From: Candidatus Yanofskybacteria bacterium
GTDB lineage: Bacteria > Patescibacteriota > Minisyncoccia > 2-02-FULL-40-12 > GWA2-44-9
Assembly: GCA_020847715.1 (NCBI GenBank)
Contig: JADLBM010000021.1
Location: 800-64,799, forward strand
Direction: 5' to 3'
DNA length: 64,000 bases
The translations under genes were made by a program, and so were the position numbers. Positions 59,315 through 64,000 of the stretch are shown here, piece by piece. The notes below the pieces were generated by a model. The model saw only the letters and a program-made list of their open reading frames with translations. It searched no databases and was not told the origin of the DNA. Position 1 is the stretch's first letter. Each line of letters starts with the position of its first letter.

Positions 59315-60295
59315 TTATCTCTTCCTTTTGAGAACACTCCGAACCGCTTCCTCGATAGCGGGAGTCGTCAGGCCGAATGCCTTCATCAGCTCCGCGGGAG
59401 ACCCAGACTCTCCGAACCGATCGCGAATACCGATGAATTCGATAGGGACCGGATACGACCGCGCGAGCACCTCGGCAACCGCAGAACCCATACCGCCGGC
59501 GATCTGATGCTCTTCGGCCGTCACGACCGCACCACACGCTTTCGCGGCGGCACAGACCGCTTTCTCATCCATCGGCTTGATGGTGTGATTATTCAGAACG
59601 GTGCATTCAATGCCATCACGGGAAAGAGCATCGGCTGCCATCAACGCCTCATACACAAGTGCTCCACACGCAATGATGGCAACATCGGAGCCCTCTCGGA
59701 GTGTCACGGCTTTTCCGATCTCGAAAGGTGCGTCTGGCGTCGTAATGACCGGCGTTTTCTCACGACCAAGCCGGAGGTACGACGGAACCCCGTTCTGGGC
59801 GATAGCAATCGTCGCCCGCCGCGCCTCATTGGCATCGCAGGGAACCACAACGGTCATGTTCGGCACCACCCGCATAAGGGCGATGTCTTCCAGCGCCTGA
59901 TGTGTTGCGCCATCAGGGCCAACGCTAATGCCCGCATGCGCCCCGACAATCTTCACGGGGACATTGTTCAGGCAGATGTTCGTTCGAATCTGCTCGTTGT
60001 TCCGCCCTGGGCTGAACGTCGCATAGCTCGCAATGAACGGAATTTTGCCTGCCGCGGCGAGTCCCGATGCGACCACCGCAAGGTTCTGCTCGGCGACACC
60101 GATCTGGATGAACCGATGGGGGAAGCGCTCGGCGAACCAGTGGCTCCGCGTGGACTCGGTGAGATCGGCACACAGCACGACAATACGCTCGTCGCGTTCG
60201 CCGGCGTCGACAATGCCCTTTCCGTATCCGTCACGCGTCGGAACCATGTCTAGCGTACCGGATCGGAAGTCGCTTGTGTTTGTGTGCGCATCCAT
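59315..60295 (-). CDS. transketolase C-terminal subunit
   Basis: GVAEQN, GPDGATHQ, EEHQIAGG. Confidence 0.95.
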   Translation of the reverse strand: MDAHTNTSDFRSGTLDMVPTRDGYGKGIVDAGERDERIVVLCADLTESTRSHWFAERFPHRFIQIGVAEQNLAVVASGLAAAGKIPFIASYATFSPGRNNEQIRTNICLNNVPVKIVGAHAGISVGPDGATHQALEDIALMRVVPNMTVVVPCDANEARRATIAIAQNGVPSYLRLGREKTPVITTPDAPFEIGKAVTLREGSDVAIIACGALVYEALMAADALSRDGIECTVLNNHTIKPMDEKAVCAAAKACGAVVTAEEHQIAGGMGSAVAEVLARSYPVPIEFIGIRDRFGESGSPAELMKAFGLTTPAIEEAVRSVLKRKR

Positions 60296-60359
60296 ACAGT
60301 GAGAGAGCAACTACCCTCATGCGTCCCGCCATGACAAATGCCATCGTGGGACGGTCAGA

Positions 60360-60440
60360 CTACTTGCTCTGTCCCCAAATAATTCCAATAACTACCAACA
60401 CGGCGACACCGATAAGTCCGAACAGAAGACCGGTACTCAT
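60360..60440 (-). CDS. 26-aa single-TM microprotein (not in ORF track)
   Basis: MSTGLLFGLIGVAVLVVIGIIWGQSK; TATGAT -10, GAAAGGAGGTG SD, downstream hairpin. Confidence 0.6.
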   Translation of the reverse strand: MSTGLLFGLIGVAVLVVIGIIWGQSK

Positions 60441-60491
60441 GATGCTCCCCACCTCCTTTCACGCTGCATCATCATACGATGGAATACGATA

Positions 60492-60872
60492 TCACTCGCC
60501 ACTCGGCCGACATACACCGCACACCGCTGCTTGCACATCGGAAGAAGCTCCCTGCGCAATGAGTGCACGGCAAATCGTACGTTGCCCCTCGGTAGTACAC
60601 GCATCGCCACCTATCGGACTCGCAAACGATCCCGAGAAGTCGACTCCCAGCACGCTCGGAGCAGCAGGGAAGCCGCTCATGATGCTTGCATAGAGTTGCT
60701 GTTTCTGTGTTCGCGAAACTCCGCTCTCCTCAATGGTCGTCATCATGAATGCAGTGCGCTGCTGTGACGCCTGCCTCGCCGCCCGCGCTTGGAGATACTG
60801 CCATCCGCCAAACGCGAATGAAGCTCCGGCAAAGAGGAACATGACGGCGGGAAATAGAATGCGCTTCTCCAT
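60492..60872 (-). CDS. membrane-anchored Cys-containing protein
   Basis: N-terminal TM; AC..C..CGVC; resembles 60874-61305. Confidence 0.7.
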   Translation of the reverse strand: MEKRILFPAVMFLFAGASFAFGGWQYLQARAARQASQQRTAFMMTTIEESGVSRTQKQQLYASIMSGFPAAPSVLGVDFSGSFASPIGGDACTTEGQRTICRALIAQGASSDVQAAVCGVCRPSGE

Positions 60873-60873
60873 A

Positions 60874-61305
60874 TCAGCGAATGAAACACTGTACGCAGGC
60901 AGCATTGTCGATACTCATGCGAAATTGCGAAGCGTTCGCACACGCATTCCCCGGCTCCTGCTCTCGGGCGCAGAGTGCGTTCGCCTGCGCAAGCGACTGA
61001 GCAAGTGCAATGCAGCGAGTCTTGACCGTTTCGGTACATGCCTCAGCGGGCACCGGAGCGTCTGCGCTTGAGCGCGAAAGGTCAACAACCGGCGGCGGTG
61101 TTGCGAGCGAGGCGAATGCCGCATCCACGATGGTCGCCTTCGTTGCCGACCCGATATTCGCGTCTTGCACCGCGCCGAGAATGCGATACGCCTGCTCGTA
61201 GGCAAACCCGCGAGCATTCCCCGCCTCGATGTTCTTGTACACGCCGAATCCCAGCGAGAACACGGAAACGAGTACCGAGAAAATCATGGTCAAATCACGC
61301 AGCAT
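60874..61305 (-). CDS. membrane-anchored Cys-containing protein
   Basis: N-terminal TM; AC..C..CVQC. Confidence 0.7.
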   Translation of the reverse strand: MLRDLTMIFSVLVSVFSLGFGVYKNIEAGNARGFAYEQAYRILGAVQDANIGSATKATIVDAAFASLATPPPVVDLSRSSADAPVPAEACTETVKTRCIALAQSLAQANALCAREQEPGNACANASQFRMSIDNAACVQCFIR

Positions 61306-61307
61306 GG

Positions 61308-62171
61308 CTATTGGTGTTCACTCTGTATGGTACCACGAAGTGTGCGGAGCTCCGCGAGGAACCGCTTCGCTTCATCAGGCTTCGGAGGAATTCCATGCCA
61401 TGTATAATCAAATTCGATTTCCTTTACACCCTTCCCAGGAATGGTATGCGCGATGATGACGGTTGGCTTCTCAAAGATAGCCTTCGCCTGCTGAACTGCG
61501 TCAACGAATGCTTCGATGTTGTGCCCATCCACCTCGAGGACGTGCCAGTTGAACGCCTCCCACTTTGCCCGAAGCGACTCGAGCGGCATGACCTGCTCGG
61601 TCATGCCGTCGATCTGGATGTTATTGCGATCAATGATGCCCGTCAGGTTGGAAAGTCGCTCTTTCCCTGCCAACATAGCCGACTCCCAGAGGACGCCCTC
61701 GTCCTGCTCGCCGTCAGACATGAAGCAGTAGGTGCGCCAGTACGCACTGTCCATCCGTGCTGCAAGCGCCATGCCAACCGCCTGACCCAATCCAGACCCT
61801 AATGGGCCAGATGTCGTCTCAACACCGGGGAGACGCTCTCGTTCGGGGTGGCCCTGCAAGCGACTCCCAAATTTTCGGAGCGTCAGGAGCTCGTCGACGG
61901 AAAAGTACCCCGAATGCGCCATGGCCGCATACCGGACCGGAGTGATGTGGCCGTTTGAGAGCACCAGTCGGTCACGAGAGGCGAGGGCGGGATTCTTCGG
62001 GTCGTGATTCAGCACATGGAAATACATGGCCGTAAAGATATCGGCCATGCCGAGTGGACCCGCCGTGTGCCCCGAGCCTGCGGCGACCAGCATTTCAAGG
62101 ATACTCTGACGAATCTCATTCGCCTTCAGCTCGAGCTCCTGTATCTTCTTTTCAGAAATGTATTCCGACAA
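61308..62171 (-). CDS. transketolase N-terminal subunit
   Basis: SGH, DRLVLSNGH, LQGHP, SDGEQDEG TPP motif. Confidence 0.95.
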   Translation of the reverse strand: MSEYISEKKIQELELKANEIRQSILEMLVAAGSGHTAGPLGMADIFTAMYFHVLNHDPKNPALASRDRLVLSNGHITPVRYAAMAHSGYFSVDELLTLRKFGSRLQGHPERERLPGVETTSGPLGSGLGQAVGMALAARMDSAYWRTYCFMSDGEQDEGVLWESAMLAGKERLSNLTGIIDRNNIQIDGMTEQVMPLESLRAKWEAFNWHVLEVDGHNIEAFVDAVQQAKAIFEKPTVIIAHTIPGKGVKEIEFDYTWHGIPPKPDEAKRFLAELRTLRGTIQSEHQ

Positions 62172-62189
62172 TCTGTATTCGCTATTCGC

Positions 62190-63221
62190 CTACGAAAGAC
62201 TCCCCGCAACCTCAAGAACATGCAGCACCAATGAATTCGTATACCCGAATTCATTGTCATACCAGGAGTAGACCGCGCAGAAATCGCCGTCTACCACCTT
62301 TGTGAGAGAAAGATCGGCGATAGCAGCATGCGAATCACCGATGATATCGCTTGAGACGAGCTGGTCGCGCGTGACCGTAAAAATATCGCTCCACCGAGGA
62401 TCCTTCGCCGCGGCCTCGAGAATTGTATTGACCTCCTCGACGGTCGTCTTGCGCTTTGCCAGGAATGTCACAGACGAGATGGAGCCGGTGAGGACCGGCA
62501 CCCGCAACGAGATGCCGTCGAAGTGGCCGTCCATGCCGTCAACGACCCGAGCAACTGCAATCGCGGCCCCCGTCGTTGAAGGGGTGATGTTTGCCGCCGC
62601 CGCGCGCCCGCGCCGAAAATCAGCACCCTTCGTCGGTCCATCAATGAGCGTCTGCGTGGCGGTATAGCCGTGCACGGTGTTCAGGAACGCCTTCTTGATA
62701 CCCAAGCCCTCCTGAAGAATCTGAATAACCGGTGAAACGGAGTTCGTGGTGCAGGAGCCATTATTCGAGAGCGTGCATGTTTTGAGCTCGTCGGTATTCA
62801 GTCCGACCAGTACGGTCTTTGCGTCGGGCCCATCGTCGTCCTTCGCCGGAGCGGTCAACACGACCCGCTTCGCACCGGCGGTGATATGTACTCGAGCCTG
62901 TTCGTACGACTCAAACACACCCGTCGCCTCAACGGCAATATCGACACCGAGCTCGCCCCACGGGAGCGCAGCGGGGTCTCGCTCCTGCAGGAACAGGAAC
63001 CGACGACCACCCACCACGAGCCACGTCTTCCCATCAGCTTCTTCAACAGCCACCTCATGCTGGTATCGACCGTACGCGGAATCGAAACGAAGGAGGTATG
63101 CGAGATTCTCCGGATTCCCGAGATCATTAATGGCGACAATCTCCAGCTCCGGCTTCGTGAGCGCCAGCTTAAAGAACGCGCGACCAATGCGCCCAAAACC
63201 GTTAATCGCGACTTTTGCCAT
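62190..63221 (-). CDS. gap: glyceraldehyde-3-phosphate dehydrogenase
   Basis: INGFGRIGR, SCTTN, WYDNE. Confidence 0.98.
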   Translation of the reverse strand: MAKVAINGFGRIGRAFFKLALTKPELEIVAINDLGNPENLAYLLRFDSAYGRYQHEVAVEEADGKTWLVVGGRRFLFLQERDPAALPWGELGVDIAVEATGVFESYEQARVHITAGAKRVVLTAPAKDDDGPDAKTVLVGLNTDELKTCTLSNNGSCTTNSVSPVIQILQEGLGIKKAFLNTVHGYTATQTLIDGPTKGADFRRGRAAAANITPSTTGAAIAVARVVDGMDGHFDGISLRVPVLTGSISSVTFLAKRKTTVEEVNTILEAAAKDPRWSDIFTVTRDQLVSSDIIGDSHAAIADLSLTKVVDGDFCAVYSWYDNEFGYTNSLVLHVLEVAGSLS

Positions 63222-63230
63222 ACGATCATT

Positions 63231-63968
63231 TTACCATGCGGGAAAAAGAAAACGCCCCGCCCTTATGAACAGGCGGGGCGAGGTGCTCGCGATGAGCGAT
63301 CTGGGCGCGAGCCCCAGCTCATCTTTCTTCGGCTTCTGCGGCTGCTGAGGAGGCGCCGGAGACTGGGGCGAGGGCACAGGCGGGCGCCCGTTCAGGGAGG
63401 GCAGGATTTGCCCTCGCAAGAACACGAATGGTCCGCAGGCCGGCGTACGTCGCCCCTCATCCGTCTCGGCGCAAAGCTGGATGCCGGTCAGCTGATAGAG
63501 GGGAACGCACCCCTTATCTTCCTCGCACGAGATGAGGTAGGTATGCTCCCATGTCTCCCGAGGCCCGCCCTTCCGCCGATACACGACTTCAACCTCAACG
63601 CTTTCCGGAACCGGCCACGGGACACCAAAGACGCTGATGACCCTGGATGGGACGTACACAGCGGTGAAACTGAGCACGGTCACACCCTCGGCCATGAATC
63701 GGTCGTCATGGATGATGCCGTATGCGCCACGGTCGCCGCGCGCCATGTCCAGTCGATGCGGACGAATACCGAACGCAATCCACGACAGGGCCAGTGACGC
63801 CAACACCGCGCCGGCAGCGCCTATCGCGCTCAGCGCCGACCATGCGAGTCCTCTGAAAGAGAAGGAGCGGAGGAGCGCACGCGGATTCAAGATGGCCCGC
63901 ACGAGCACAATGAGGAGACACGTCCCGAGGAGAGCGATGCTCCCCAAGCCGACGAACAGGCGAACCAT
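63231..63968 (-). CDS. orphan membrane protein
   Basis: Two TM segments; GGAGGT SD; 3' end overlaps a terminator-like hairpin. Confidence 0.65.
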   Translation of the reverse strand: MVRLFVGLGSIALLGTCLLIVLVRAILNPRALLRSFSFRGLAWSALSAIGAAGAVLASLALSWIAFGIRPHRLDMARGDRGAYGIIHDDRFMAEGVTVLSFTAVYVPSRVISVFGVPWPVPESVEVEVVYRRKGGPRETWEHTYLISCEEDKGCVPLYQLTGIQLCAETDEGRRTPACGPFVFLRGQILPSLNGRPPVPSPQSPAPPQQPQKPKKDELGLAPRSLIASTSPRLFIRAGRFLFPAW

Positions 63969-64000
63969 GGCAACCTCCGCGCTACATGGAAAAGAACGCC

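Overview
GC-rich window from a Patescibacteria/CPR (Parcubacteria-like) chromosome. The lineage call is an inference from the missing rpmD, split transketolase, class II RNR, type IV pilus/ComEC set and CPR-type palindromes. Core content, mostly on the minus strand: str-S10-spc block (rpsL to secY, adk, map), rpmB, ndk, comEC, nrdJ, ftsZ/ftsA, ybeY, yqeY, rpsU, HIT, a degenerate hisS, lepB, pth, hppA, rmuC, a type IV pilus cluster, tRNA-Pro/Ala/Ile, UDG, transketolase halves and gap. Most notable: (1) About 22 orphan genes are inserted as self-contained sigma70 promoter + strong Shine-Dalgarno + ORF + terminator cassettes. They include arrays that split rpsJ from rplC and secY from adk, with reused 5' and 3' constant modules and the same ~100-bp structured element at the head of both arrays. 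(2) Core translation genes essentially lack SD sequences while rpsU (bS21) and the orphans carry strong ones, suggesting a bS21/anti-SD-gated translational regulon. (3) A complete tRNA-Pro(GGG) is nested inside the anticodon loop of a second, split copy of the same tRNA. (4) There are several unannotated structured RNAs and microproteins. All calls were made by eye without database searches.
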